Assembly (NCBI GenBank): GCA_028534125.1
Contig: CM052817.1
Span: forward strand, 41,170,001-41,234,000
DNA from: Lama glama
Taxonomy: Eukaryota
Length of the DNA stretch: 64,000 nucleotides
Direction of reading: 5' to 3'
A program made the position numbers and the translations under genes. The notes beneath the pieces are model-generated. The model saw only the letters and a list, made by a program, of their open reading frames with translations. It was not told the origin of the DNA and ran no database searches. Of the stretch, positions 49,071-61,980 are shown one piece after another (positions within the stretch are counted from its first letter, which is position 1; every line of letters begins with the position of its first letter).

Positions 49071-50994
49071 GAAGGAAGCAGAGAAAAAAGAGAAGGTGGC
49101 AGCAAACAGCATTGAGGGAGGGTCCTTTTTTTCCTTTTATAAATTGTTTCAAGGTATTTTATTTCCCTTTTATTTCTAGAGCTCAACACCAGTCACAGGT
49201 CAAGAAATAAACAAGCCGTGGTTTCCTATTTCTGAAGACCTTCACCATAAGTGCTCAGTGCCTGGGGCCTTTGGTTTTTGACGCACGACAAAGAATTTAA
49301 GTTCTTGCCTGACAGGGCAGCAGGAGTCAGGTGCTTGGTCATTAGGAAACACATGTGGTTTTCCATACCTTCTCTATTTCATTCAACCACGGCTTACTCA
49401 ATACCTGCTATGTGCTGGGCGTGGCAGATAACTCAGCGACTCAATGTACACAGAAACGTATTTTAAAACACATTCTTTAAATTCTAGGGAGGGAAAGGCT
49501 TCCTCTTGGCTGTGTGGTTTTAAGATTAAGAATTTAGACTAAGTAGAATCCCACTCATGTCACTTTGACAGCGCCTGTCTTCTCGCCTGTGGTGAGAAGG
49601 CTTGGGGGACAGAGCTTTGGAGAAAGGGCCTTAAAGGCAATCTGGCCTTTAAAAGCTCCTCTTAGTTCCGGATTTGCTATGGTGATTCTATTTATTGCCT
49701 CCTGATGCCTGGAAAGCTCTATTCCTGTCCTTTACTCTTTTTTTTTTTTTAACTGGTCTGTATACCGAGTACCCCATCCCTCTGTGTATGTACATGTGTG
49801 TGCTGGGGGTGGGGGTTGGGGGGTGGCAAAAATACTTTTCTCATTGGCCGATACTCGGAATCAATGGTCTAATTACAAGGGGGAAAATGCACATGTGTTA
49901 CAAAACTTACGTTTTAAATGAAAGGATAGGTCCCTCAGAAACACCCTGGAAACATGAGACACCTCCAGTGTTTATCCCTGATGATGAGGAAAACACAACT
50001 GCCTTGAAAGGAACATGGCAATTCCGTTCGTAGTTAATGGTAGCTTTTTAGGGCTGTCTGCACTTAATCTCCTACTGTAACCTTGCCCCCTCTAATATTT
50101 TAGAGTTTCTTCCAGAAGGGGTAGAAGAGAGGAAGTTAGGCACATTTGTAAGTTGCTTTTGGACTACTTAAAGAAAAGCCCATGTTTTACTGATGGATAC
50201 TGCAGGGTTAAAGGTGCCCAGGAATACAGGGATCAAGGACAGGGAACTTTCTCCCAGGGTGCCTGAGTCAGTTAAACTCCTGAAAGATGCGGGGGCAAGG
50301 ACTGGACAAATGGGGACAAAACGGGCTGGGTTAAACGGAGTGAAAGCTGAAGTCCAGACTTAACCAGGACAGAGAGGTGGCCCTGATGACTCCTGCGGGC
50401 CCCTCCCCACTGCCGCCCCTGTCCCAACAGTTCAGAGGTAGTGATGTAGAGTTTGGATTCTGGACAAGAACGTGCTGGCGTCCATATCATTACTGCACCC
50501 CACGAGAAACAGCCCCTTCCCCTTACCTCCTCGCCCCTGCAGCTCTATGTACTCATGGATTTCCAGGGCGCACACCTCCATCGCTTTAACACTAGTCCTG
50601 GGTGAGGCTCCTGGCCTTTTTAAGTGTCCTCTGAACCTTTGAAGTGCTCTCCCCAAGGGACCATAGGCAAATTTCTCTCTGAAAAATGTGGCGTTGCTTA
50701 ACCCATCCCCCAAGGCACTCTTTCAGGGACACCTTGCATTTCAGGGAAGAGTAATTAAGTTTCTATCTGCTGGCTTTACAACAGCTTCCCTTCTTTTCCT
50801 TGCTAAGCTGAAGCAGAGAGCAGTCGGGCTGGAAGCTCTGTGATCCATATATTAGCTTTGAAACATTGTTCCTCCTCATTAGAGCTACTGGTGCTGTACC
50901 ATCATCACCCCCTCCGCCCTCACTCACCCAAGTCAAGTCAATCTAACCCCGTCCCCTATGTGCTACAGTATCAAGCTCTGGGTAAGAGCAGATC

Positions 50995-51020
50995 GATCAA
51001 TCAATCAATCAATCAATCAA
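50995..51020 (+). repeat. (TCAA)n microsatellite
   Basis: About six units. Confidence 0.9.
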
Positions 51021-51364
51021 CCGAGAACTAATACGGAAAGAAATACTTATAAACACAGAAGAATATGCTACAGCCAACCTAAGCAATGTTAGGACAAGAG
51101 GTGTGTCAGAAAAAACAGCAACAAAGCATTACATTTCCTGTGTGCATTTATTTCCCCATTTGGTATTTACAGTATACTGCTCATTTCACAGAAACATTCT
51201 ATTTTTAAAAAATAAAAATCCACAGCGTTTTCAAAATATTTTATTTTTCTCTTCTAGAAACTTTTATGATTGCTATTATTATAAATCTTTGTTTCTTTTA
51301 TCCTGTTCTCTAACTGGGTGGATACTGCTTAAGGAGTAATGAGAAAAATAAAAATAAGGCCTAC

Positions 51365-51510
51365 TAATTAACTGTCATTAATTAAGTACTTACTGAGTGC
51401 TGGGTTAACCTCTTTGCAGTGTCTCACTAAGATTTTAGGGCACTCCATTATCCCTGTTTTACAGGTAAGGATTGAGGCTTAGAAATGTTTAACAGCTCAA
51501 GGTCCCTGGT
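51365..51510 (-). mobile_element. MIR SINE
   Basis: attatccctgttttacaggtaagggattgaggcttagaaa. Confidence 0.65.
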
Positions 51511-51519
51511 TTTGTAACC

Positions 51520-51785
51520 CCGGCTCAAGGTCATTTCCTCAAGAACTCACCCTCAGTTAGGATGTGTACCTCTTTAAATGTTCTTACAATCTTATAACAT
51601 CTTGTACCTTTCCTTCATATTTCTTAAGAGAGTTGGTAATTTTACATTTATGTAATTATTTGATTAAAGTATTTCTCCCCACTAGACTCTGAATTCTAGG
51701 ACAGCAGAACCACGTCTGTTTTAGCTCTTACTGAGCCTCGTACATAGTAAGATTATAATACGTATTGAATGAATGAATAATGGAA
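51520..51785 (+). mobile_element. L2 3' end
   Basis: ttctccccactagactctgaattctaggacagcagaaccacgtctgttt...ttgaatgaatgaat. Confidence 0.8.
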
Positions 51786-51934
51786 TGACTTAATTAGCGA
51801 ATAAACTCATCCTTATCTGTCCAACTCCGGAATTTGAGAGTTTTAGTGTACGCAGCAAAATTACTTTTTAAATGAAGTCCTAGGTGACAGAATGTGCAAA
51901 GCGCTCTATAACATGCCACACTGAGTAGTGCCAG

Positions 51935-52150
51935 CTAAAGGACCTGGGCTGGAATCCCAGCTCCACCACTTTTTGGCTGTTTGATCTTGGACAAGTTACT
52001 CAACTTCTCTGTGTCTGTTTCCTCATTTGCAAAATAAACATAGTAATACAATTCACCTCATATAATTATGAAGATTAAATGAATGTGAAACCTCGCAGAA
52101 CAGTGCATGGTGCTTAAAAAGTTCTATGTATATATTAGATATTATCATTA
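51935..52150 (+). mobile_element. MIR SINE
   Basis: gacctgggctggaatcccagctccaccact...ttggacaagttactcaacttctctgtgtctgtttcctcatttgcaaaat. Confidence 0.85.
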
Positions 52151-52499
52151 TTCAGGAACTTAGTACAAAAAAATAAAATATCCCAGGCTACCCTTCATTC
52201 AAAAACTCCTGTGTGATAGTGTTTATTTATCGACTCAAATCCCCTGTTCCTTCTTAGGGGAGGATCCTAGAGGTATAGATCTTACACATGTGGCCCCAGG
52301 TTCTCATCTCAAATAGAAAATACCTAACATGAGTCCATCTTGAGATTTTTACTAGTCTTACACCCTACAAGTTCAGAAAGAAAATATTTAGTGAAGATAA
52401 ATTATTTTAAAAATTTGAGCATGTATTATAAATATCTTTTAAGAATATCTAATGCTCTCCCAGTTGGGCCCAGGATCCTCTAGAGTCTTTATCAACGAT

Positions 52500-52730
52500 C
52501 GTGGAACTGGGCAGAGTGACCAGGGACCTGACCCAGAGTCCCACAGTCCCAGAGTTCATCACAGCCCTGCCATCTGTTCGCGGTCTAGTCTTGTGTAGGC
52601 TTGATAACTGCTTCCAGTCTTGTTTCCTCCACTAGAAAATGGAGATGCCAGTGAGATGCTTGTGGTGGTTATGTGAGAGAAAGTTCCAAAGGCCCTGGTA
52701 AGTCAGACATACTTAGTAAAAGTTAGTTTT
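52500..52730 (+). mobile_element. MIR SINE
   Basis: tcttgtttcctccactagaaaatggagat. Confidence 0.55.
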
Positions 52731-52909
52731 CTAATACCCTCTCCCCTCTTATTTTCCTTTTTATAACCGTTCCAACCAGGACTTGGCCTTTTGTGCCTTC
52801 TCTGATCACTTCCTCACGGTTCCTCCAGCCTTCCTAGGACTGGGATCTTCACGTGGCCCTTCTCCTTTGTCCTGTCCTCCATGTGCTCTCAAGGTTCAAA
52901 GTAAAAGAA

Positions 52910-53360
52910 GTAGAGGAGTGGAAAGAAAAATGAGACATTCGGTCAAAACACTTGAATGGGAATTTGTCTTCACTTCTGCTTCTGCCTGGCTACTTGATTT
53001 TGAACAAGTTATTTAACTTTTCTAAGTTTTCTTTTGCCCACCTGTGAAAATGCGATTAATTCTCCATGAAAATGAGGCTCATTTTCCATGAAGCATATTC
53101 TGAAACCTTTTTTTCCTTCCTCTGCCCTATCTGTGTGTATCTGTGTCAGAACAGCAGTAACAGTAGTACTGTTTTCAATTTGCACCTTCCAGAATCTTTT
53201 GTATTTATTGTCTTCCTTGGTCACCATATCAGAATTCTGAGGTATTCCAGCTGAGCACTATCACTCCATTTCCAGATAAGGAAAGTGAGCTGAGACAGGG
53301 AGAGGTTATATGACCAGGCAAGGTCACTGAGACCCTAGAACACAGATGCATTGACTGTGG
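52910..53360. mobile_element. Two MIR remnants in opposite orientation
   Basis: ttgaacaagttatttaacttttctaag...cacctgtgaaaatg on plus, and ctccatttccagataaggaaagtgag...caaggtcac on minus. Confidence 0.6.
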
Positions 53361-53959
53361 TCTGGCAGACTTCTTTTTACATCTGTTGTGTGCACTGCGC
53401 TGGACACAGTGCTAGCGATACGGTAACCATCCCATACGTCTTTGTAGCAGAGCACACTCACTAACTGCTAACCAAAGGTAATAGACGCCAAGAGCCACAA
53501 TTCCTTTTCATCTTATTGATTGTCTGTGAAGAAAGAATCCCTTCTTTTTTCTTGGACGAATTCCACTGTCAGGGCCCCATCTCTTGTGGATTCCACGAAG
53601 AGCCCCATGGGATAAAGGGATTAATTTTACTTTGCATCATTATTTCAATTTTCTGTAAGCACTAGCCTTGGGATGGATATCTTTCAGCAGGGGTCTGTTT
53701 GGACTTTGAATGGTGTATGTTTTATTATATTCCAAACCTTTGAAATTCCATAGAAAAACAGAAATCAAGATTGGAAATTGTCTTGATAATCTTCTTGTGA
53801 GTTTTTTCTTGAGCCCCTCTTTTAGGTCTGGGTTATGAGAAGTATGTACCCAGACGTTTCAGTTTCATTTTTAGTGAAACTGAGAAGTAATAGAATTGAC
53901 TTTAAAACTCCACAACAAGAATAAAACGATAAGACTATCTGGGATTTTTTTTCTATTTT

Positions 53960-54720
53960 TTAAAAATTACATTTTCTCACGACTTTCGATACAGTTTTCA
54001 AGAAATCTTTAAAATTTCAAATGTGTCATGTATTCACACGGTGCAAACATGATAAAGTATGAAAAGGTGTCTTCAGAAGTTTCCTTCCTGTCTTTTCCTC
54101 TCACTGTCTTCCACTTACTTAGTTCCCATCTCTTCCCCAAAAGAGCTAACCATTTATCAGTTCCTTGTTTATATGACCAAAGAGTGTTCTAGGTAAAAAA
54201 TAATATAGTACAAACATATTCCTTCTTGTTTCCTTCTTTTATATACATTATAGCACACACTACATAATAATCTGTACCTTTTCCCACTGAACAGTATCTG
54301 AGTAATCCATATCAGTGCATCATCTCCTTATTATTGTCTATTACACTTGCAAAGTGTTTGATTCTTTGAATGCATCAGAATGTATTTTTCCAGTTTTCTA
54401 ATGATGGCCAGTTAGTTGTTTCTAATATTTTACCTAAAGAAATGAATTACTTTTTTCATGTGTTATTTGAAATAAGAGTGGAGGATATCCATCGAGTAAT
54501 TTTCCTTTAGCTTGTATTGCTGGATCAAAAGGTATGTGAGTTCGTTATCCTCCTTAACAGTGGATTTTTGCTTATCTGATGAGTTAAAGAAAGAGGTGTC
54601 TCAGTATAGTATTAATTCATATTTTTGTTAGCATGAGTCAGATTGAGCATTTTTCTTCTGTGTAAAAGGTACAAACTATGTGTTCATATCCTTTGTTGAT
54701 TTTCTTCTGGATTGTTGATG
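53960..54720 (-). mobile_element. Ancient L1ME-type fragment
   Basis: ctaaccatttatcagttccttgttta...tgctggatcaaaaggtatg...tctcagtatagtattaattcatatt...gattgagcatttt. Confidence 0.7.
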
Positions 54721-54755
54721 CCTCTCATCCAGGTGAAGGACAGTAAATCAGTGTA

Positions 54756-54850
54756 ATATAGACATATAACTGAATCACTAAGCTGTGCACCAGAAACCAG
54801 CACAACCCTGTAAATCAACTGTACTTCAATAAAATAAATAGATAAATAAA
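54756..54850 (+). mobile_element. Short young L1 3' end with (AATA)n tail
   Basis: ataactgaatcactaagctgtgcaccagaaacc...tgtaaatcaactgtacttcaataaaa. TSD-like taaatcagtgta / taaataagtgta. Confidence 0.85.
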
Positions 54851-55494
54851 TAAATAAGTGTATATTCACAGTTTCCTAAGTTTGCTATGGGATGGGCTTC
54901 TGTTTTAGGAGAAGGTGGTCATTCTTACCTCCTTTGTATTTGAAGCTACAGGTGGTTAGTTTTGGTAAGCCCTAATGAATCATACATCTTTTTATTCTGT
55001 TTTTAAGATATGGCCAAAGTTGAATCGGAATAAACCAAAGCGTAACTATCCCTAAGTTCCTTCTTTCGATTGCGCTCGTCCACAGGGTTGAAATTTGCTC
55101 AGTATATTTGAAAGAAAAAACCATGACAACTATGACAGACTCCCATTCTTTCTTCTTCTGAAAGCAGTTTTAAAATCATTTCACCTGTTCTTACAGTAAG
55201 AACTGGAAGAACTGATAATGTTGAGAAGAAAAAAAAATGAAATTGTCTACTACAGAAGGAGTCTAATACTATCACTAAGTGATTGCTCTTTTTCCCTCTC
55301 TTAGAAGTTTGAAAACGATTCTTTTTCAATCAATATACAGTTTTCAGAAACTTGGAAACATAATGGCATGCTCTGATTTCTCTAAACATGGCTATAAAAT
55401 TAACCTACTGGCTTCATGGTTCACCACATAGAAAAAAAGGAAAAGCTGGAGTATGAAAGAATGATGAGGTGGCGTATATGCTGCCTAGTAATTA

Positions 55495-55608
55495 ATTGAT
55501 TGATTCAGCATGTATTATCGAGCAGTAACTATGAGCCAGGCTTTCTACTGAACACTAGGAATAGGTATCAGCAGATAAGAAAGGTGTGCCCCTTGCCTTC
55601 TCAGAGCT
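55495..55608 (-). mobile_element. L2 3' end
   Basis: gattgattcagcatgtattatcgagcagtaactatgagccagg...ccttgccttctcagagct. Confidence 0.65.
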
Positions 55609-55618
55609 GGTGTCCTAA

Positions 55619-55783
55619 ACCTGTCCCTCTTTACCCTGATTACACTGAGAATCATCTGGAACAGCTTTACAAAAATATCAATATCTGGGCCTGAGGCAAG
55701 AAACTCTAGGGGTGCAACAGAAACAAGTATTTTTTTTAAAACTCCCTGGTGATTTTAAGTGAAGCCAGAGTTGAAAACCACTG
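55619..55783. mobile_element. MER5-like hAT-Charlie MITE
   Basis: agaatcatctgg...aaaactccctggtgattttaagtgaagccagagttgaaaaccactg. Confidence 0.75.
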
Positions 55784-55959
55784 GTCTAACCATACCCCAG
55801 AGGTAGCTATGAAACCGCAAAATATTTTGAAGAGGAAGTGGTCATGGAAATTTTCTTGTGATGTAATCTGAACTACATAGCATGGACTTTGAAGCATTCT
55901 TGCCATGTTTGACTCAAATGCAATAAAGCTTTAAGACCCGCCTTACAATCTATGGATAA

Positions 55960-56440
55960 CTTAGAGGCTAGAAGGACAAGTTAAATGGTGCCTCAAGGGA
56001 AAATATCAGACAATTCTAGAAAGTGGTTCTTTCCCCAGGACAGGCTGATTGGTTTCTTCACAAAAGACAATGTCAAGAGAAGCAGAAAAGGGCTGGGAGT
56101 GGGATGGGGACTGATACAGATGGAAAGAGAATAAAGAAACAACCACCAAAAGGAACACTTTAAATTTCTCTTGGTTCAAAAAAAATTCTTCAGGATAACT
56201 TGGGGGGACAATTTAGGAAATTTAATTACTTAAATATACACCAGAAATTAGATGACATTAGTTAATATTGCTGATTTTTCTTAGGTGTTTAGCTGTATCA
56301 TTATCTATGGACGAGAATGTCCTTATTTTTTAGGAGATGCACGCTAAAGTATTTAAGGGTGTCAGCAACTTTCAAACGGTTCTTCAACAACACAAAATGA
56401 AGTCACACAGATAGATAAGCAAATACCGTCATATTCTGTA
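55960..56440 (+). mobile_element. Ancient L1MC/ME-type 3' fragment
   Basis: tcagacaattctagaaagtgg...attagatgacatta...gagaatgtccttattttttaggagatgcacgctaaagtatttaagggtg. Confidence 0.7.
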
Positions 56441-56484
56441 AGGAGGCTGATGTATTAAAGATGAAAGGGGCTGTTGAATAGTGA

Positions 56485-56765
56485 TGATAGTTACATTTAA
56501 TTAACTCCACTTATTGAGTTCTATGTTCCAGATACCGTACTTCTTTATACATATGATATTTCACTTTTTAAAACTGAAGTGTAGTCGATTTTCGTTTCAG
56601 ATGTACAGCAAAGTGATTATATATATGTATTCTTTTTCAGATGTTTTCCGTATTACTTCATTTTTAAAGCAAGCAGCATTATTTCAATTTCACAAATGAG
56701 AAAACTGAAGCTTGTAATGGATAAACAACTTGTTCAAGTTCACACTGAGTCAGAATTTAAACGAA
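56485..56765 (-). mobile_element. MIR interrupted by a short L1 3' fragment (about 56565-56650)
   Basis: cacttattgagttctatgttccag, then actgaagtgtagtcgatt..cagcaaagtgatt, then ttttcacaaatgagaaaactgaag. Confidence 0.7.
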
Positions 56766-56954
56766 ATTCTTCCTGTTTCCATCGTGGGGGATCTTGATCA
56801 TTGCTCCGCCCCCAGACTGTACTGTAACCACTCTTGCGGTAAAGAGACGCACACACGCTTTGAATCTGTTTCCATTACAGCACTTATTACAGTGCAAATC
56901 CACCCAATGTGTATGTGTCTGCTCTATTGACTGCGTCCTCCTTGTCATACAGGG

Positions 56955-57185
56955 ACCATGATCTTTGGAGTCTGGCCCACCTGGGTCCAAATCTTGGCTC
57001 TGTCCTTATTAGATTTTTGTTCTTAGGGTATTTTTAAATACTTCCTTCAGTTTCAGTTGCCTCTTCTGTCAAGATGGATATAATATGAAGTGCTCTGTAG
57101 GATCATTATGCAGATTAAAGAAATATCTAGAGAAAGCATTTAGCATAATCCTGGCGTATAGTAAATGCTCAGGAAATGTTAGTCT
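56955..57185 (+). mobile_element. MIR SINE
   Basis: ttggagtctggcccacctgggtccaaatcttggctctg...aaagcatttagcataatcctggcgtatagtaaatgctca. Confidence 0.85.
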
Positions 57186-57539
57186 CCCCCTCTCCACCTT
57201 TCAAAAAAATTAATTTGGATGGCCACAAATATCTCCTGCTTATACAGAGAAACCCCTGATGTCCAAAGTGATGGTCAATGCTGGATCCTGCAATTGTGTC
57301 CATTAACTGTCAACTCTGCATCAGGGACCATGGCTTTGACTCCCTAAAACCTACAATGGAACTCTAGTATTAAAAAATACATGTTTGTTAGTATTAAATT
57401 ATCAGTATGATAGTCATTGTGACTTCATTTATTAAGGTTGTGTCTGGTATTAAAATTTCCCTCTAGGAACTTAAAATGAAGATATTTGTAATGGGTTTCT
57501 AAAATTCAGGCAGAAGTAGTTCTTTGTAAATATATTTTG

Positions 57540-58280
57540 GGGCTATGAAATTTTATTCCAGGCAAATGGAATAGTATGAGAAAAGTCACAGAGATGGGAA
57601 AATGTAAACTGTTTTTTTCCCCAGAGACAGACAGTCCAATCCATTGGTTCACTATGTATGTAAAAGCATAAATAAGAGATAAGATTGGAAAATTTGGTGG
57701 AAAACCAAGACTGCTTCAATATAGCAAACCACTGTCAGTTTTGGAGTAAGTGAGCAATTTAGATTCCTGAGATACTGCGTATCAGGGCTAGTCTAACCTA
57801 GCAGTACCTTGTATGGGTACCTGTGTGATCAGGGCTAGTCTAATCTAGCAGTACATTGTATGGGTACCTGTGTGATCAGGGCTAGTCTAACCTAGCAGTA
57901 CTTTGTATGGGTACCTGTATGATCAGGGCTAGTCTAATCTAGCAGTACATTGTATGGGTACCTGTATGTGTCTCGTTGGGGCCGGATGTGGGGTGGCAGT
58001 TAAGTAGGTCATCATTTCTCTAATCTCTGAATGCAATAGGACCGGAAATGGTGAGGGAAAAATAAGGGAAATTTGGAAGTAGAAAAACAAGAGGAAAAAG
58101 CCGCTGACTGGATGTAGGCAACAAACTTGGATAAAGAGGCCAAGCTGGCTTTGAGGTCTCAAGCCTGAGTAACCTGGAGAACAAAGGTACTATGATCAGA
58201 AATAAGAGAGTCATAACGGTGAGCTGTTTTGAGGTTGGTGAGAAATTTCCTAATGGAAAGATGAGTTTATTAGACCTCTG
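57540..58280 (-). mobile_element. L2 fragment hosting a minisatellite
   Basis: ttccaggcaaatggaatagtatgagaaaagtcacagag...gactggatgtagg...gaggtctcaagcctgagtaacctgg. Confidence 0.55.
57781..57968 (+). repeat. Minisatellite, 4 x 47 bp
   Basis: Unit atcagggctagtctaaYctagcagtacHttgtatgggtacctgtRtg starting at 57781, 57828, 57875 and 57922. Confidence 0.97.
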
Positions 58281-58859
58281 CCTTCTTTTAATTTGTAACA
58301 CCACAACCCACTGACAGAGGCAGGTCATCAAAAAGCTGAAGGCTTAAAACTATGAGATCTATCTCTCCTTGACTTAGGTAGCAGAGCACCTAACATCTTA
58401 TGAGCTGATGCAAGGGCACAGAGCAAAGGAAAGAGCTTGAAAAGTCTCTCTTGGAGTCAGTAGGCACAGACTGACTCAGAATAGCCATAGCCCAAGGCTT
58501 ATGGGTTTCCATGGCCCATAAGATCTGTAACTCCATCTGCTTTATGGACAGTCTGGTTAAGAAAAAGGGTATAATTCAGGAAAAGTGAATTTCAGGGAGC
58601 TACATAGTAGATCAAAAGGTAGCAATATTTCCACATTTTAATTTATTCCATAGGTACTGAACACCTACTAAATACCAATTATTGTGGGCATTGGCATTAT
58701 AGATTAGGTCTTTGCTCAAGTGCACTTTTTATTCAAATTATTCTACTAGTATTTTTATTCTAAATCTAATTCTAACAGAAAGCACATAAATGGGTAAATA
58801 AGATAATTTGAGAGTTATAATACCTTCCTAAGGTTTCCTTGAAGTGCCTCTTCCTTCTT

Positions 58860-59166
58860 AGAAATGACCTGGAATTTAGCTGTCCTGGCAATACTCATGA
58901 CTGACTCCTCATCCTTCAGGTGTGACTTAAGAGGAATCTTCCGTGCCCTCTCCCAGCAGGGCCTCACAGCTGCTCTCCGTCCCAGGAAAGATCACCATCT
59001 GCAATGACTGCTCATTGACTTAACTCCCTGGTTTAATGTCTGTCTCGCCCACCTGGATGTTAGCGCCATCACAGCAGGAACCTTGACTGTTGTGTGCTCC
59101 TTGGGTTCCCAATGCCTTTTCCAGGGCCTGACCCATCGAAGGTTCGCAGTAAATATCTGTGCGAAT
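58860..59166 (+). mobile_element. L2 3' end
   Basis: actcctcatccttcaggtgtgactt...aatgtctgtctcgcccacctggatg...cagtaaatatctgt. Confidence 0.7.
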
Positions 59167-59279
59167 TAGGGTGACCAACCCTCTCAGTTTGCCTAGAGCT
59201 GAGGGTTTGCCCAAGACATAGAGTTTTCTGTGCTAAGACCAGGACAGTCCCAGGGAAATAGGGATGACCGGTCACTCTA
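59167..59279. mobile_element. MER81-like hAT-Blackjack MITE
   Basis: 113 bp with TIRs tagggtgacc / ggtcactcta and internal gtttgcc...gagggttt...tgctaagaccaggacagtccc. Confidence 0.85.
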
Positions 59280-60104
59280 CGTGGAATGCATATCCACTGG
59301 ATGAGAAATTAGTCCCCTAAATTAGTTCCAGACCTCTTATCATTGAAGTGGAATGCCACCTCTCATTCACCAGACCTGGAGCAGAGGTATCACTATGCCA
59401 CCGGATGTTTAGTTGCAGCTGCTGCCTCTAGCACAGGCCGAGCCTTAAGGAAAAGTGAAAGCAGATTTCCCCAGGGACTCTTTAAAGCATCATAATCACT
59501 ATAATATTGTGGACACCGAACTCCAGGGAAAAGATATGCCCATAACTATAACCAAGTCAGTGGAGCTGGGTCAAGTCCATCGCTTCTGGGCCTCCTCAGG
59601 CCTCTTGGCTGACTGCTCCCGACAGAGCCAGTCTAAAAACTGACAAATTTAATACAGTCTTAATACGATGTAGCATTTACCAGCTAGAAAACACCTCTGA
59701 AGTCATGCCCCCAGTCTCCTCATTTACAGTTGAGGAAACTAAGAATCTGAGATCTTAATGTCTCCAATAGAGAGCCACGATCTGCAGGATCCTTGTAATT
59801 TGTTCCTACACAAATTGGCCTGTTTGAAAGAATGGTCACTGCTCTTGCTCTCCTGGTGAGAAAAATGAGTCCCTTCTGTTGTCTGCCTTCAACAGGCTGT
59901 CCTATTTTGCATTTCCTTCCTCATTTTGTATGCTCTGGAACAAGTTCTGCTAGCCTTTTTGCAAATGACTTATTTCAATATACTGGTCAGTTCTCCCTAA
60001 AATAACTGTGTAACAGGTTCAAACATTATCTCTTCCTTGAAGCATAAGTTGATTACTCTGCGATTTAGAGTGGAAAAAAAATTTCACCACTATGTAATTT
60101 GCAG

Positions 60105-60157
60105 ACAAGAAAGAAAGATAAAGAAGAAAGAAAAGGAAACAAAAAGAAAAAAGAAAG
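60105..60157 (+). repeat. A/GA-rich low-complexity tract
   Basis: Imperfect (GAAA)n. Confidence 0.8.
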
Positions 60158-61559
60158 TCTAAAAACTCCTATAAAAATTTATGAAGCCTAATATAGGCAC
60201 CTTACTTATCAGGCCAGATGATTCTGGAATTTATGTTATTGTGATATACCTTAAAGGCTTGATTCTGGCAATATATATGGGTGTTGTTTTTTTTTTTTCC
60301 TCACCAATGAAAAGATGAAGACCAAAATTCACATTCATTTTTATCTTCTTGTATGTTCTAAATCAAAAAATAACAATTAGTCTTAATGTAAGAGCAGGGG
60401 CAGGGCTAAACAAAATCGTACCTATTTAGAGATATTTTCAAAACAGAAAGTCCTAGTTCAGCTATTTTGGGGGTAAGTACAGCTTGTTTAGTATCTGGAA
60501 GTTAGAATGTTGGGCTCACAAGTGGTGTTTGACTTTTAACTTAGGAAGGCAGGGCATTTCAAAAAGAATTTGTTGTGAGTTCTTAAAAAACAAAACAAAA
60601 CAGAACTTAAGACAATTGTTTTATTTATCTGGGTAACGTTATCCAGACTAAGATATTTTGTTTGACCTTCTGTTATGAATTTCTTGCTGTAAGAGGTATT
60701 ACATTCATACCTCCACAGAGAAGGCCTTGGTCTTTCTTAGGCTTATTTCCTTACATGCTTTTCCTTACGAGATAATCTCTTTAAAGTCATTGAGCAATAG
60801 TCTGGGCCAGAAAATTCCTATTTCTTTCAACTGTTTCCAAACTTCACGTCTCCAAGCAACAGCCATGTCCTTCCACCCTGTTTACTCATCCAAACACATC
60901 TCCAAACATACACCTTGACTCTCCGAACAGACCTGAAGCCACTGGACCATTCCACCAATAGGGAGACATTTCCACATATTCAACCTCCATTTTCCTTTAG
61001 TTCTTGACCACTCTTCAGAGACAGCTGATTGGAGATAATTATGTGAGTAATTGTAGATTCTAAAATTATCACTAGTTATGTCCAAGCCCTGGAAACATTA
61101 GTCATATGCTAGTGGTGTTAGTCTGTGGAAGATTTGACTTTAAAGCAGGCTTCAGTCAAGAATCCAAGTTCTTCTGTGTTTACTCATGATACACATTGCA
61201 TCCTGAGAAAGTGTACACATAATCACATCCAAAAGCAAGAGGAGGCTAATTTTTATAAATTCTGTGAGATATACAGCATTCTTTAACAAACTTTTCAAAT
61301 ATTGTAATTGTGTATAGCAGGACCAAACCAAAATCTCTGGAATTTGATTAACTGTTATATAATGTAAATGTGATTAATCAATGAACCAAAAAAGGTAAAA
61401 CAATAATTTTCCAGTATATATTGCCTTAAAATGTAAGCTTTAAATACAGAAGTTTAAGGTTATGTAATATAGTTATATGAAAACATCCAATTTTTATGCT
61501 TTGTTTTTCTTTCTTTAATCAAAGGTATGCATAAATGTGGTTTAAAGAATGCAACTGTA

Positions 61560-61980
61560 TCCAAGTTTTTTTATTAAACCTCAGACTCCCTGCCCCTCCC
61601 CCCCCAAGCCCCATCTTCTCCACTGCTTCTCTCCAGAGGCATCACTTTGAACTCTTTTTGTTGCTTGGAAAACATCCAATTTTGATCATAAAAATCTTTT
61701 GGTTTTGGGGAGAAATTCATAAAATAGAAAAAAAATATATTGACGCATGTGTACCTGCTGCCCACAAATGATAATACTGAACATTTTGTCATGTCTGCTT
61801 TAGGTCTTTGTTTATGAAAGAAGTCAAACACTACACATAAAGTCGAAGCCCCCTCTGTCTCCCATCCCCAGTCCCACCCCATCCCTTCCCAGGAACAGCT
61901 ATTTTCATTCTCTAGTGAGATAGACTGTGTGCTCTGCTCCATTTGTTTTTGTGTAGAAAAATATACTTAGCATCATGTTT
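61560..61980 (-). mobile_element. Ancient L1ME-type 3' fragments
   Basis: ctccagaggcatcactttgaactc...aacattttgtcatgtctgctttaggtc...cccttcccaggaacagctattttc. Confidence 0.55.

Noticed and set aside
57781..57968. CRISPR-like periodicity
   Set aside because: Contiguous near-identical units with no unique spacers, eukaryotic context, no cas genes.
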